Shown here: positions 7,008 through 16,646 of the stretch, in pieces
How positions within the stretch are numbered: position 1 is the stretch's first letter
Layout of the letters: each line of letters begins with the position of its first letter
DNA from: an uncultured virus (IMG/VR IMGVR_UViG_3300042882_001870)
Taxonomy: Duplodnaviria; Heunggongvirae; Uroviricota; Caudoviricetes
IMG/VR virus record: IMGVR_UViG_3300042882_001870
Strand: one strand, 5' to 3'
DNA: 64,000 nt
The notes under the pieces: generated by a model
Told to the model about the DNA's origin: nothing
The model's database searches: none
What the model saw: the letters and a program-made list of their open reading frames with translations, nothing else
Made by a program: the position numbers and the translations under genes

Positions 7008-9660
7008 ATACCAAAGCTGATGAAGAACCTTTTCTATATTGCATTTGGTGTAATACCGAATCTCTAACGTCCATTTTAGATATACCACCAGCTGCAAAAT
7101 CGTCTCCGCCGCCATTTCCACCGCTCACAGGAGCATTGACGTTTATATTTGGCGCTTGAGATTCTTGTGGGGCTTTTATTGCTTCCATTTTCGATTCTTT
7201 AAGCGATTCATTATTTTTTGTGGTTTCTTCTAATCGTTTTCCGGATAATTCTTCTTTAACGTTTGGTTGTAGATTTGCTGTTTCTTCTGGTCTGAAGAAC
7301 TCCGTAGCCTTTCTAACTATTTTTTCGTCAATAGTTTCTTCTGGTCTGGAGGAATCAGTAGCCTTTCTAACTATTTTTTCGTCAATAGTTTCTTCTGGTC
7401 TGAAGAACTCCGTAGCCTTTCTAACTATTTTTTCGTCAATAGTTTCTTCTGGTCTGGAGGAATCAGTAGCCTTTCTAACTATTTTTTCGTCAATAGTTTC
7501 TTCTGGTTTCTTGAGTTTCCTTAACCTAGAATTATCAAAACCTTCAACTCCAGCAAAAGTGAATCCTTCTCCTATAGCAGACAATCCTTGATATAAACCC
7601 TCATCAACCACTGATTTAATATTTCCGGGTTTTGTAATATTTTCAAGAGTAGAACCAAAAGCGTCTTTTAGAGTATCGACCAAAGTTTTTTCTTTTGGTT
7701 GTTCTTCTGTATCTGTTTGTTGTCCTTTTGGCTTTGCTGCATCTCCAGTACTTGGGGTTTCTTGAGCTAGTTCTGTTTCTGTAGAACCTATTGAATATTT
7801 TTTAAGAATTCCTTCTGCAGCGGAAATCCTTTGGGTCATATTTTCTTTCCCAGCTTTTTCGTATTCTTTCGTCCAAATTTCAGTTGCTTCTTTTGCGGAT
7901 TTTGCAGACTTTATGCCTTTATAAACATTTCCGTATTCTTTATGTTTTGTTTGTCCTGTTATTTCTTCGTAGATATATTCTAATTGTCCATTAAGGGTGT
8001 TCCACTTATCACCTTTTCTAGCTTTCAATTCTTTAAATCTAGGACCATCAACAGACCATTGAGCGATACCTCTCCCTGGACCACCACCTTTTTGTTTTTG
8101 GTTGGGATTGAAGGTGGGGCTTTCTATTTTTAAACTTCCAGTAATACCTGCTGCTTGTTCTTTTGTAAACCCTTTACTAACGAAAAAGTCAAAAACTTTC
8201 TTTTCGTTTGATTGTGTTGCTGTTTCTTTTGTTGCAGTTTCTTTTTTTAGCGAGGGGTCTTCTTGGACCTTTTCTGAAGTTTCTTCTTGTTCTTCTTCCT
8301 CTTCTATTTCTGACGGTACATTTTGTTGTTGTGCTGTGACACCTTTCTTTTTGATATCATCTGCAAGTTTTGGCGTTTCATTTTGCTGTACTGGAGTTGT
8401 TTGGGGTGTTTGAGGTAAACTAGGTTCTTTATATGCAGACTCACTTTCTTTTTCTGTTGGTCTTCTTATAGCGACCAATTCGTGATTTTTCTTTTTGGTA
8501 TTTCTTGTAGATCTTGTTACTCCGCCGCCACCTTTTGTACCTTGATTTCCTCCAATTATAGTAATCATGTTTCCGTCTAAAGAAACAACAAAACCGACGT
8601 GCCCCTTATTTTTATCTGTACCTCTATTAAATACAGCTATGTCTCCGGGTTTCGCGTCATTTAAATTTACTGCTTCTCCATAAGTTAAGAAACTTTTTGC
8701 ACTTTTTACTGATTTTGATTTTTTATATCCATTGGCAGATAAGACAGAATTAACGAATGTTGCGCACCAAGCTTCTGATATCCCAAAACCAGAACCCAAA
8801 TTTGTTTTAAAAAATGCTTCTAATTCTTTTTTGTTTGCCTTTTCTGTCATGCCCTCAAATTTTTCGGCAACTTGTACTAACCTTCCAGTAGGTGTTGTTC
8901 CTGCTCCTGGAGAAGTTTGTTGGGAGCGAGTTTCTGTTTGGGTCCCTGTTGTTGGGGTTGTACCTGTTCCGGTTTGTTCTGCGGTTCTTTGTTCCTGGTT
9001 TTCTCCCTCTTCTTCAAACTCTAAACCTAATGTATCTTTTGCGAATTTCTTCGCCTTTTCCCAAGGAGAGTTATTCATCTCTCTATCATCCAACCAATCT
9101 ATCGCTTTATAGATTCCAGCACCGGCAGCACCAAATAAAAACCCTTTTAGAAGTTTTGGTAATAATGACCCTAATAAACTTCCCAAAAATCCTTTACCAG
9201 TTCCGAACGTTCCTCCTATACCAACACCTTCGGACAATTTTAGAATTCCATTATTCATGGACTCAAAAATTTTATAGAATTTTTCTAGGTTTTCTTTTCC
9301 TATCCCAATCCCACCTGCGGTTTTAGTAACTTCAATGTCCTTTGCTTTTGATTCTAGAAGGTTTTGTGTTACTTGTTGACTCGTTGATGTCGTTTCGATA
9401 TAACGTAAAATGTTATTGTTTAAATCGAATAGAAGCCCTTTAATGTTTTCCAATGCCCTTACCATTGCTTCTCCAAAATAATTCGAAGAATTCTCTTTTG
9501 TTGCAGTAGCGTTGGAAGTAACGTTTTGATTGAGGTTTATGGCTCCATAATTTACTAATTGGAGTTTTCCCGATTGAACCAATGACGTTAATATTTGCGA
9601 TTTATCGTCTAAGGATAAATTCCCAATAGCATTTTTGTTGTTTAGTGCTGGTAACGCCAT
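7006..9660 (-). CDS. Probable tape-measure / baseplate hub (gp29-like) protein with a CHAP/NlpC-P60-like amidase domain and a phage-tail lysozyme domain
   Basis: WCATFVNSVL...GHVGFV...IIGGNQ (Cys-His peptidase). GFTKEQAAGITGSLKIES...GIAQW...QLEYI...YEK (tail lysozyme). Downstream of the gp26-like gene. Confidence 0.75.
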   Translation of the reverse strand: MALPALNNKNAIGNLSLDDKSQILTSLVQSGKLQLVNYGAINLNQNVTSNATATKENSSNYFGEAMVRALENIKGLLFDLNNNILRYIETTSTSQQVTQNLLESKAKDIEVTKTAGGIGIGKENLEKFYKIFESMNNGILKLSEGVGIGGTFGTGKGFLGSLLGSLLPKLLKGFLFGAAGAGIYKAIDWLDDREMNNSPWEKAKKFAKDTLGLEFEEEGENQEQRTAEQTGTGTTPTTGTQTETRSQQTSPGAGTTPTGRLVQVAEKFEGMTEKANKKELEAFFKTNLGSGFGISEAWCATFVNSVLSANGYKKSKSVKSAKSFLTYGEAVNLNDAKPGDIAVFNRGTDKNKGHVGFVVSLDGNMITIIGGNQGTKGGGGVTRSTRNTKKKNHELVAIRRPTEKESESAYKEPSLPQTPQTTPVQQNETPKLADDIKKKGVTAQQQNVPSEIEEEEEQEETSEKVQEDPSLKKETATKETATQSNEKKVFDFFVSKGFTKEQAAGITGSLKIESPTFNPNQKQKGGGPGRGIAQWSVDGPRFKELKARKGDKWNTLNGQLEYIYEEITGQTKHKEYGNVYKGIKSAKSAKEATEIWTKEYEKAGKENMTQRISAAEGILKKYSIGSTETELAQETPSTGDAAKPKGQQTDTEEQPKEKTLVDTLKDAFGSTLENITKPGNIKSVVDEGLYQGLSAIGEGFTFAGVEGFDNSRLRKLKKPEETIDEKIVRKATDSSRPEETIDEKIVRKATEFFRPEETIDEKIVRKATDSSRPEETIDEKIVRKATEFFRPEETANLQPNVKEELSGKRLEETTKNNESLKESKMEAIKAPQESQAPNINVNAPVSGGNGGGDDFAAGGISKMDVRDSVLHQMQYRKGSSSALV
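7280..7507. repeat. 54-bp tandem repeat x4 (alternating A/B units, i.e. 108 bp x2) encoding PEETIDEKIVRKAT(DSS/EFF)R
   Basis: GTTTCTTCTGG recurs at 7280, 7334, 7388, 7442 and 7496. Confidence 0.95.
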
Positions 9661-9661
9661 T

Positions 9662-9847
9662 TTAGTTCCTATTTTGACTTAGTTTTTCGTTTTCTTCGTT
9701 AATATGTTGTAATAATAAATTCAAAAACACTTCTCTTTCCCACGGGATCATATTTTCTAGTTCAGATAAACTATATTTGTGATGTTGCATCATTGCAAAA
9801 TTTGTTTTATAATAGTTTTCCAAATTATCATGAGAAAGAGTTACCCT
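9662..9847 (-). CDS. Small hub-assembly ORF (gp51-like C-terminal part), probably reached by -1 frameshift from the upstream gene; not in the ORF track
   Basis: Open frame RVTLSHDNLENYYKTNFAMMQHHKYSLSELENMIPWEREVFLNLLLQHINEENEKLSQNRN*; first ATG only at 9793. Confidence 0.8.
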   Translation of the reverse strand, partial: RVTLSHDNLENYYKTNFAMMQHHKYSLSELENMIPWEREVFLNLLLQHINEENEKLSQNRN

Positions 9848-10560
9848 AAAAAATTATCAAGACCTACAATATCAATATCGTGTACAAACCCACATTTAGA
9901 ACATTTTACCGTTAGGGTTTCTTTTAATACTGGTAAATTGCTGAAAAATTCTTCTACCTTTTTAAATTGATCAATAGACATAGATTCTAAAAATTCTAAT
10001 ACCTCTGATTTTGGCGTTTCGTTTTTGTAATAGAAATTTTGTTCGTCGAATATGTAATCTAATGAGTTATAAATTACCTCTAATGTTAGGGTAACGGCGT
10101 CAGTAATTTCAGTATTCAATTTAGACAATTCTGCAATATCAGGATATTTCATTTTAAACCCAACACTATCCGTTAATCGAATTATGTCGTTATTTTCTTT
10201 TTTGTCTACAGAAACTTCTAATAGGTTTATAGAAACCGGCATTAAGTTCCCGCAAATATTTTCTTCTATTTTATTATTGCATCTATATTTTGTTTCTACA
10301 ATTTCTCCAATAGACCTTGCTCTAAGTTGTAGGAAAAAGTATTCTATGTCTATTTGATTGAGTTTGTTAACGTCAATATCTGAGGTACAACAATTTTTTA
10401 TTATTTGTTTAATATTATTTAAAGCGAATTCTGCGTCTTCAGATTGTTTTGCTAGTAATAGAATTTTTTGTTCTTTTACTAGGAAAGGTCTAAACATAAC
10501 CGTTTGATTTGAAATTGGTAATGTCGTTTCATACAAAGGACTTTCGATTTTTGGTAACAT
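9841..10560 (-). CDS. Baseplate hub subunit / assembly chaperone (gp26/gp51-like)
   Basis: MLPKI..P.Y...LP, FRPFLVKEQKILL, LRARSIGE, KCSKCG, GLDNF. Confidence 0.85.
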   Translation of the reverse strand: MLPKIESPLYETTLPISNQTVMFRPFLVKEQKILLLAKQSEDAEFALNNIKQIIKNCCTSDIDVNKLNQIDIEYFFLQLRARSIGEIVETKYRCNNKIEENICGNLMPVSINLLEVSVDKKENNDIIRLTDSVGFKMKYPDIAELSKLNTEITDAVTLTLEVIYNSLDYIFDEQNFYYKNETPKSEVLEFLESMSIDQFKKVEEFFSNLPVLKETLTVKCSKCGFVHDIDIVGLDNFLG

Positions 10561-10574
10561 AATTTACTCCATGA

Positions 10575-11252
10575 TTAAAATACTGGGAATGGTATAGATC
10601 CACCTAAAGGAATTGCTGCGTTGTAGTATGTGTATGCAAAAGTTACTGTTAGTTTATGTATTGCGTTACCATTTTCCCAAGAAAGGGGCATTTCGTTTAA
10701 AGATATTGGAAATGCGTGAAACAAACCAACCCAATACGATGGGTCGTTTTTTACGTTATATTGCGTGATTAATATAAATGCTTCGTATTGATTTTTATAT
10801 TTAAAATCGTAGTTTACTACTGGACCGTCAGTAAATAGACCAACAACGTCTTCTATTCCTATTTGGAATGGGAAAAAAGACGCGTTTGAAATATAATTCA
10901 TCCAATATTCAAAAATCCAACGTTCAATCATATTGTCTGAGCAAATAAAAGTTAGGTTTATTTTGTTATATGAATTTTGTATTGGGTGTAGGATTTCTGG
11001 ACCGTATAACTTTTGCGTAACCGCAGAAAATGTCCTTGATGGTAATTCTGCCGCTTCGCAGTGAAATTTCATTTTTTTCCAAGCAGAAGCTGGGTCTTCT
11101 CCGTCAAGACCTGCAGCCGCCATCAAATCCAAAGCAAAAACCGGATTTGTTGGGGTGATCATAACGTCAAAGTTACAGGGTCTTGCTACTTCCGTTTTAG
11201 AGAAAGTTTCAAGAAAATTTCTTATATCTGAGTTATATTTTATTTCGCTCAT
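10575..11252 (-). CDS. 54: Baseplate-tail tube initiator gp54-like
   Basis: ARPCNFDV, CEAAELPSR, FEYWMNYI, AFPISLNEMPLSW, LTVTFAY (tube-protein fold). Confidence 0.75.
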   Translation of the reverse strand: MSEIKYNSDIRNFLETFSKTEVARPCNFDVMITPTNPVFALDLMAAAGLDGEDPASAWKKMKFHCEAAELPSRTFSAVTQKLYGPEILHPIQNSYNKINLTFICSDNMIERWIFEYWMNYISNASFFPFQIGIEDVVGLFTDGPVVNYDFKYKNQYEAFILITQYNVKNDPSYWVGLFHAFPISLNEMPLSWENGNAIHKLTVTFAYTYYNAAIPLGGSIPFPVF

Positions 11253-11992
11253 CTTTTATATTTCTTCCAAACTTTTGAATTTGATTGTTTTTGCATATCT
11301 GCTACTGGTAGGTTTGCGGCAAATAACCATTCGTGCGCTTCTACTGGCAGTATCCTACTTTTAACATTAGATTTAAGATACAGTTTAATACAATATTCTT
11401 TTAAATCTTTATAATTTTTAGACCTTTTAATGATCTCATAACTTATATTAGAAACTAACATATCGTTCTCTTTTATGTATTGAGATTTGCTTGCTATTTC
11501 TGCTATAATCAAAGATCTAACTTCATAGGGTAAATAGTGTATATTCACCCCAAGAAAATGCGAACCTTTATTTTCTAATAAAATTATCAGGGGAAATTTA
11601 TCCCAATAAGGCAATGTATCTTTATATTTTGCGTCATAAGAAAAGAAAAACATTCCTCCCGGATAAAAAACCTTTTTCTTTATTATTTTGTCCAGTTCTG
11701 GAGCGTTAGATTTTAAAGCCTTTACTTTTAAATTTAACCAACCCATCGATTGACTCGCTAGAGCAGATCTTTCTGCTGGAGAAGCGTTTTTAAACCTCTC
11801 ATACATAGAAGGTAATTTTCTTTGTTTAAAGAACGCTTCATTTAATTCTTCTTGGTTTGTTGCATACCTTCCTGGAGAATTTGTAAATGTTAATTCTGCC
11901 CAAGCGCCAACCCCCATAAAAAACGGGTTGAAAATATATTTTTTGCCTTTTAATTCAACAACATGCCATTCCGAATATTTTGTATTGTCCAT
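11249..11992 (-). CDS. 2: DNA end-protector protein gp2
   Basis: GGMFFFSYDAKYKDTLPYWDKFPL, FLGVNIHYLP, CIKLYLKSNVKS. Confidence 0.9.
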   Translation of the reverse strand: MDNTKYSEWHVVELKGKKYIFNPFFMGVGAWAELTFTNSPGRYATNQEELNEAFFKQRKLPSMYERFKNASPAERSALASQSMGWLNLKVKALKSNAPELDKIIKKKVFYPGGMFFFSYDAKYKDTLPYWDKFPLIILLENKGSHFLGVNIHYLPYEVRSLIIAEIASKSQYIKENDMLVSNISYEIIKRSKNYKDLKEYCIKLYLKSNVKSRILPVEAHEWLFAANLPVADMQKQSNSKVWKKYKR

Positions 11993-12009
11993 GGACTATT
12001 TATTGAATA

Positions 12010-12447
12010 TTAAAAGATGTCTTTTTCTGTAAGAAGTTTAAACGTCCAACCCCTATGTCTGCAATATTCTTTTGCTGCCGCCCATTTAGCAGAATTTACT
12101 CCCCAAGTACAAACTTCGTTAATATACGTTTTGGTTACTCTTTTCTTTATTTTTGGTTCTATAGTTTGAGCATAAGGTTTTACTTCTATGACATAAGTTT
12201 CTATAGAACCGTCTAATTTTTTAACTTTTGCTAATATATCTGGAAAGTATCTGTGTTGTCTGTTGTCTACTGGAGAAATATAATTTATTACCAATTCTTC
12301 AGAACCCCAAGATAAAACGTTTTCGTTTTTATCCAACCACTTAAAAACTCTCAGCTCCCAGGAAGAGCGATAAATTACGTTATGAGGGTCTCCATGATAT
12401 TTTTCTGGATTCTTTAATTTATAAATACCCTGTTTGTAATTAGACAT
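12010..12447 (-). CDS. 4: Head completion nuclease gp4
   Basis: NPEKY.GD...YRSSWE, WGSEE, HRYFPD, IEVKP, N.AKW.AA. Confidence 0.93.
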   Translation of the reverse strand: MSNYKQGIYKLKNPEKYHGDPHNVIYRSSWELRVFKWLDKNENVLSWGSEELVINYISPVDNRQHRYFPDILAKVKKLDGSIETYVIEVKPYAQTIEPKIKKRVTKTYINEVCTWGVNSAKWAAAKEYCRHRGWTFKLLTEKDIF

Positions 12448-12458
12448 CTAAAGTTCAA

Positions 12459-12478
12459 TATAAATAATATTATTTAGT
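12459..12478. promoter_or_regulatory. Overlapping oppositely oriented late promoters (+ TATAAATA 12459-12466; - ACTAAATA 12471-12478)
   Basis: Both motifs lie in the 50-nt gap between divergent gp4 and gp48. Confidence 0.7.
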
Positions 12479-12497
12479 AGATTCGTAGGAATTTCTT

Positions 12498-13523
12498 ATG
12501 GCAATGCCTTCATTTTTAGCTGCAAATCCTCTAGCTTCTTTAGACCCAGAAACTTTGATCCTAGAAGGTTTAGAAGCGTTTAGTCCTGGGGGTGTGTTTC
12601 CCAGTAGAAATGTTGGTATGTATGACTTTATATCGTTAAAATATCCAGAAGATATAGAACATTATTTTATGCATGGGCATTATATAAATTTTTACGTGAA
12701 CGCTCCAGTTTGGGGTAAATATTGGGAAAAAGACGGAAAAACAGGAATTTCTTCTTATTCTTATGAAGGTATGCCAGAAGTTGGTGGTTTACTTGGTTCT
12801 ATCGGTATTACTTCGAACGGATATTCTATAAAGGAAGTTGAACGCGACGGGACTCCAATCAAAGACCCAACTTCTGCTGCTGGCGCTGTAAACCATATTA
12901 GAACCCAAAGGATATCCCAAGCGATTTCGCTTTATATTCCAGATACTATGTCGTATAGTTCGCAAATACAATACGAACACACTTCCGCTAGACAAATGGG
13001 CGCTTCTTTGTTAAATTCTTTGGATAAAACCCTTTCTGGTTATCTTAGTAAGGTAACTAACAGTAAATTGGTTCAAGGTATTTCTGGCGCTATGAACCTT
13101 TTGGAAAACCTTGGTAAAATTGGTGGAGTCACTGTAAACGATCAAATGTTGGTTCTTTTTAGGCAAGTTGGTTTGCGAGAATTCTCATACGATTTTTTCT
13201 TCACCCCAAAAAGTCCAAAAGAAGCAGAGTCAGTACAGCAAATAATAAGAGCGTTTAGGTTTCATGCTCATCCGGAGGCAGTATTAGATTATGGTTTATT
13301 TTATATTGCTCCTGGAACTTTTGATATAGAGTTTATGCACAGGGGTTCTAGAAACACTAAAATACATCAAGTTTCCACTTGCGTTCTTACTGGGTATGAC
13401 GTGGATTACGCTCCAACGGGTTGGTCAACCCACGTAGATGGTATGCCCATACAAACAAGAATGTCTTTACATTTTACTGAGACTCAGGTTGTGACTAAGC
13501 AAGATATTGAAGCAGGTTACTAA
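12498..13523 (+). CDS. 48: Baseplate tail-tube cap gp48
   Basis: ISLYIPD, LF..VGLREFSYDFFFTPKSPKEA, CVLT..DVDYAP, LHFTE. Confidence 0.85.
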   Translation: MAMPSFLAANPLASLDPETLILEGLEAFSPGGVFPSRNVGMYDFISLKYPEDIEHYFMHGHYINFYVNAPVWGKYWEKDGKTGISSYSYEGMPEVGGLLGSIGITSNGYSIKEVERDGTPIKDPTSAAGAVNHIRTQRISQAISLYIPDTMSYSSQIQYEHTSARQMGASLLNSLDKTLSGYLSKVTNSKLVQGISGAMNLLENLGKIGGVTVNDQMLVLFRQVGLREFSYDFFFTPKSPKEAESVQQIIRAFRFHAHPEAVLDYGLFYIAPGTFDIEFMHRGSRNTKIHQVSTCVLTGYDVDYAPTGWSTHVDGMPIQTRMSLHFTETQVVTKQDIEAGY

Positions 13524-14366
13524 ATGTCAAATTTCTTTTATTTTTACCCTAGTATTGTTTACAATAAACAAATAGTTACAGACCTGCTTGTTAGAGCAAA
13601 GGTTAGGGAATCTTGGTTAAATGATCCAAGAATATATTACAATTATAAGTATAAGGATTCTGATAGACCAGAACACTTAGCGCACAAGTATTACGGAGAA
13701 GAAGAATTACACTGGGTTATTCTATTCACGAATAATATTTTTGATGCGAATTGGGATTTCCCAATAGATTATTATACTTTCAACAAATATATTGAAGACA
13801 AATATAAAGAACAAGGGTCTATAGTTAACAAAACTGGATTGGCATACGCCCAAACAACCCCTGACCCGATATATAGATACCAAAAGACAGTTACTATAAC
13901 TACAAGCGAAGGGATATCTAAAAGAAATTATGTTATTGACGAAAAGTCGTACAGAGAACTAGAATTTACCAATACTTATTCTACTGGAACCCCTTATACA
14001 ATTTATGCGGAATCGGAATTAAATTCTTACCAATTAACACTTAATGCTGGCTCCGTATTAAATGTTGGGGATATATTAATCGGTAATGAGTTTATACCAA
14101 ATTTTGCTAAAGTTGAATCTATTGATTCTGCGAACAGTTTATTTAATATAACTATACCAGCAAAAAGTAGTGAAACTAATGGGAAAATATTTATCTATAA
14201 TTCGCAATCTAATTATAGTATATATGAAGTTTCAAAAAAATACCCAGAAATAACTATCTATGATAGAGAAATGGAAATAAATGAATCTAAAAGAAACGTT
14301 AAAATTTTAGATAAAAATTACATACGAAAGGCTCAAGAAGAATTTCAACGATTGATTAAACAATAA
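13524..14366 (+). CDS. 53: Baseplate wedge protein gp53
   Basis: DRPEHLAHKYYG...LHWVILFTN, E.E.NESKRNVKIL. Confidence 0.88.
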   Translation: MSNFFYFYPSIVYNKQIVTDLLVRAKVRESWLNDPRIYYNYKYKDSDRPEHLAHKYYGEEELHWVILFTNNIFDANWDFPIDYYTFNKYIEDKYKEQGSIVNKTGLAYAQTTPDPIYRYQKTVTITTSEGISKRNYVIDEKSYRELEFTNTYSTGTPYTIYAESELNSYQLTLNAGSVLNVGDILIGNEFIPNFAKVESIDSANSLFNITIPAKSSETNGKIFIYNSQSNYSIYEVSKKYPEITIYDREMEINESKRNVKILDKNYIRKAQEEFQRLIKQ

Positions 14367-14368
14367 TT

Positions 14369-15865
14369 ATGGCAGAAATTACAGATAACGCAGTAACTCA
14401 ACTTAATGGTTTAGAATTATATAAGTGTCAGATTTTATCTGCAGAAAATAAAATCATAGACTTAAAACCAACTTTGGTTGAAATTAACTATTTTGAGGAT
14501 ATATTTTCTAACGCCACTTCTGGTAATATAGTTTTAAACGACTCTGGTGGTTTGCATAACGCTTATTCTTGGTGCGGCGACGAGTTTGTACTTTTGGAAT
14601 TCGACAAACCCGGAAATTTAGATAAAAATAAACGGTTTCGTGGGATGTTTAGAATATTTAAAACTCAAGGAAGGCACTTAACTGGAAGAGAATTTAACGA
14701 AACCTTCGTATTACATTTTTGTTGCGAAGAAGAATTCCTTTCAAATCGGATGCAGTTAAATAAATCTTATAAACAAATGAGAATATCTGATATCGTAAAA
14801 GATATCGCTTTAAATGTTTTGAAAATTCCAAAAGATAAATTTCCAGACGCTAATATTGAACCCACTTTTGGTAAGTATGATATAGTAATTCCGAATATGA
14901 GACCCCTTGAAGCTGTTGCTTGGTTATGTACTATGGCGATTGCTGATAATAGTTCTGGTTCTCATGGTGGTCCAGAAGGTGGTGCGACATACCTATTTTA
15001 TAAGAACAGGTATGGTTGGAATTTTAGATCCATACTATCAATATTTAATAATATCCCTAAATTTGAATATAAAAGCCCGTTCAAAAAAAGTAAAAACACT
15101 TCTGGGTATTGGTATGGTACTAAGAACCTTTCTCCAAAAGAAGATATGAATTTTGATTTCGACCCCTTTGAGCAGATTATATCATATCAAATTGTAGATA
15201 ATCACGACGCAATGGATATGATGCAAAGCGGGATGGTTTCAAATAAACTTATTGCTATTGATTATTTAAGAAGAACTCACGAAGAAAAGGTATTTGATTA
15301 TGAAAAATACTTTAATAATCATTTGGCAAAAAAAGTTGAAATGTATAAGACCTATAATAAAAACCCTATTCTTAGTAACGCAGAAGATAGATTTAAGAAA
15401 AAACATAACGAATATCAACCAGTAGTAAAAATTGCTCCATCAACGACAAACCAAAAAAATAATCCATATATAAAAGAAAGACAGCCAAATATACCTCAAA
15501 ATTTTGTTGAGAATACCATCCCGTACAGATTTGCTCAATTGGGGTTGATAAATTTCAATAGGTTAAAATTGCTTATATCCGGAGACCCATATATTGCCGT
15601 TGGTAACATAATTTATGTACATTTTCCGCAAGCAAAAGAAGAAAAAGGTACAAAACCTTTGGATAGGTTTTTGAAGGGTAGGTATTTGGTTTCTGCAGTT
15701 AGACAAAGGTTTGATCAAGGTGTTTATGAAACGGTTTTAGAATGCGTAAAAGACGCTTATTGTGGACAAGTAGAAGCGAGAACTAACGTTCAAGGATTAA
15801 AACCTTTTGACAATAGTAATAATGTTATAATACAGGTCCGTTCTGATAATTATAAATGGTGGTGA
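14369..15865 (+). CDS. Baseplate hub protein (gp27-like)
   Basis: EINYFEDIF..ATSG.I...D, IPNMRPLEA..WL and GRYLVSAVRQ; lies between gp53 and gp5. Confidence 0.7.
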   Translation: MAEITDNAVTQLNGLELYKCQILSAENKIIDLKPTLVEINYFEDIFSNATSGNIVLNDSGGLHNAYSWCGDEFVLLEFDKPGNLDKNKRFRGMFRIFKTQGRHLTGREFNETFVLHFCCEEEFLSNRMQLNKSYKQMRISDIVKDIALNVLKIPKDKFPDANIEPTFGKYDIVIPNMRPLEAVAWLCTMAIADNSSGSHGGPEGGATYLFYKNRYGWNFRSILSIFNNIPKFEYKSPFKKSKNTSGYWYGTKNLSPKEDMNFDFDPFEQIISYQIVDNHDAMDMMQSGMVSNKLIAIDYLRRTHEEKVFDYEKYFNNHLAKKVEMYKTYNKNPILSNAEDRFKKKHNEYQPVVKIAPSTTNQKNNPYIKERQPNIPQNFVENTIPYRFAQLGLINFNRLKLLISGDPYIAVGNIIYVHFPQAKEEKGTKPLDRFLKGRYLVSAVRQRFDQGVYETVLECVKDAYCGQVEARTNVQGLKPFDNSNNVIIQVRSDNYKWW

Positions 15866-15868
15866 TGC

Positions 15869-16636
15869 ATGGAAAAAACTAAAAATTTCCCTGGGATGGA
15901 TGGGTTTATTTGGTGGACTGGTATAGTAGAAGACCGTAAAGACCCTTTGAAAGTTGGTAGGGTTAGGGTTAGAATTTTTGGTTGGCATAAAGACGATAAA
16001 TCAAACGTTCCTTCTGACGGTTTATTATGGGCGCAACCTGTTATGTCGGCAAACGCATACCAAATTTCTCACGTACCAAAGGAAGGAGAAGTTTTGTTTG
16101 GGTTTTTTATGGATGGAGAATACGCGCAAGTACCGTTTTATATGGGGGTAATTCCAAATATACCAGAAATAAGGTATCCTAAGGAAAAAGGTTTTGCAGA
16201 CCCAGCAACAGAAGAAGAAATAAAACAAAGACCAAGAACATTGCATTCTGGACAAACGAGATATCCTGGAGACGGAGAATTAAATCAGCCAACAATTAGC
16301 AGGTCTGCTAGAAACGAAAATATGGATCAAACGCCATATGGTAAGTCTCATGGAGGGAAATATCCATATGTATTTTCAATACAAACTGAATCTGGGCATT
16401 ATTTGGATTTAGACGATACTCCAAACGCGGAAAGGGTTACTTTAATTCATAGAACTGGAAGTTTTATTTCTATAGATTCTGGAGGAAATATCACCATTTC
16501 GGGTAAAAATGTTAATATAATTGCGACTGGTTCCATAAATAATAAAGCTCCTGGCGGCATTAATGAAGATACTCCGAATCACAAAACTACAGGTACTCAC
16601 ACAGATGCTATTGGTATACACTATAGCGGGGGCTAA
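15869..16636 (+). CDS. 5: Baseplate central spike gp5 (OB domain plus short beta-helix, no lysozyme domain)
   Basis: WWTGIVEDRKDPLKVGRVRVRIFG, VFGFFMDG-like motif, TESGH..DDTP.AER...HRTGS. Confidence 0.88.
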   Translation: MEKTKNFPGMDGFIWWTGIVEDRKDPLKVGRVRVRIFGWHKDDKSNVPSDGLLWAQPVMSANAYQISHVPKEGEVLFGFFMDGEYAQVPFYMGVIPNIPEIRYPKEKGFADPATEEEIKQRPRTLHSGQTRYPGDGELNQPTISRSARNENMDQTPYGKSHGGKYPYVFSIQTESGHYLDLDDTPNAERVTLIHRTGSFISIDSGGNITISGKNVNIIATGSINNKAPGGINEDTPNHKTTGTHTDAIGIHYSGG

Positions 16637-16646
16637 TAAATAATAC

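Noticed and set aside
7220..9326. Plus-strand ORFs antisense to the 884-aa tail gene
   Set aside because: Antisense shadows; the minus-strand ORF carries the recognisable domains.
9779..9970. 63-aa plus-strand ORF from the track
   Set aside because: It lies antisense to the gp26-like gene and its -1 extension, which carry the conserved-looking sequence.
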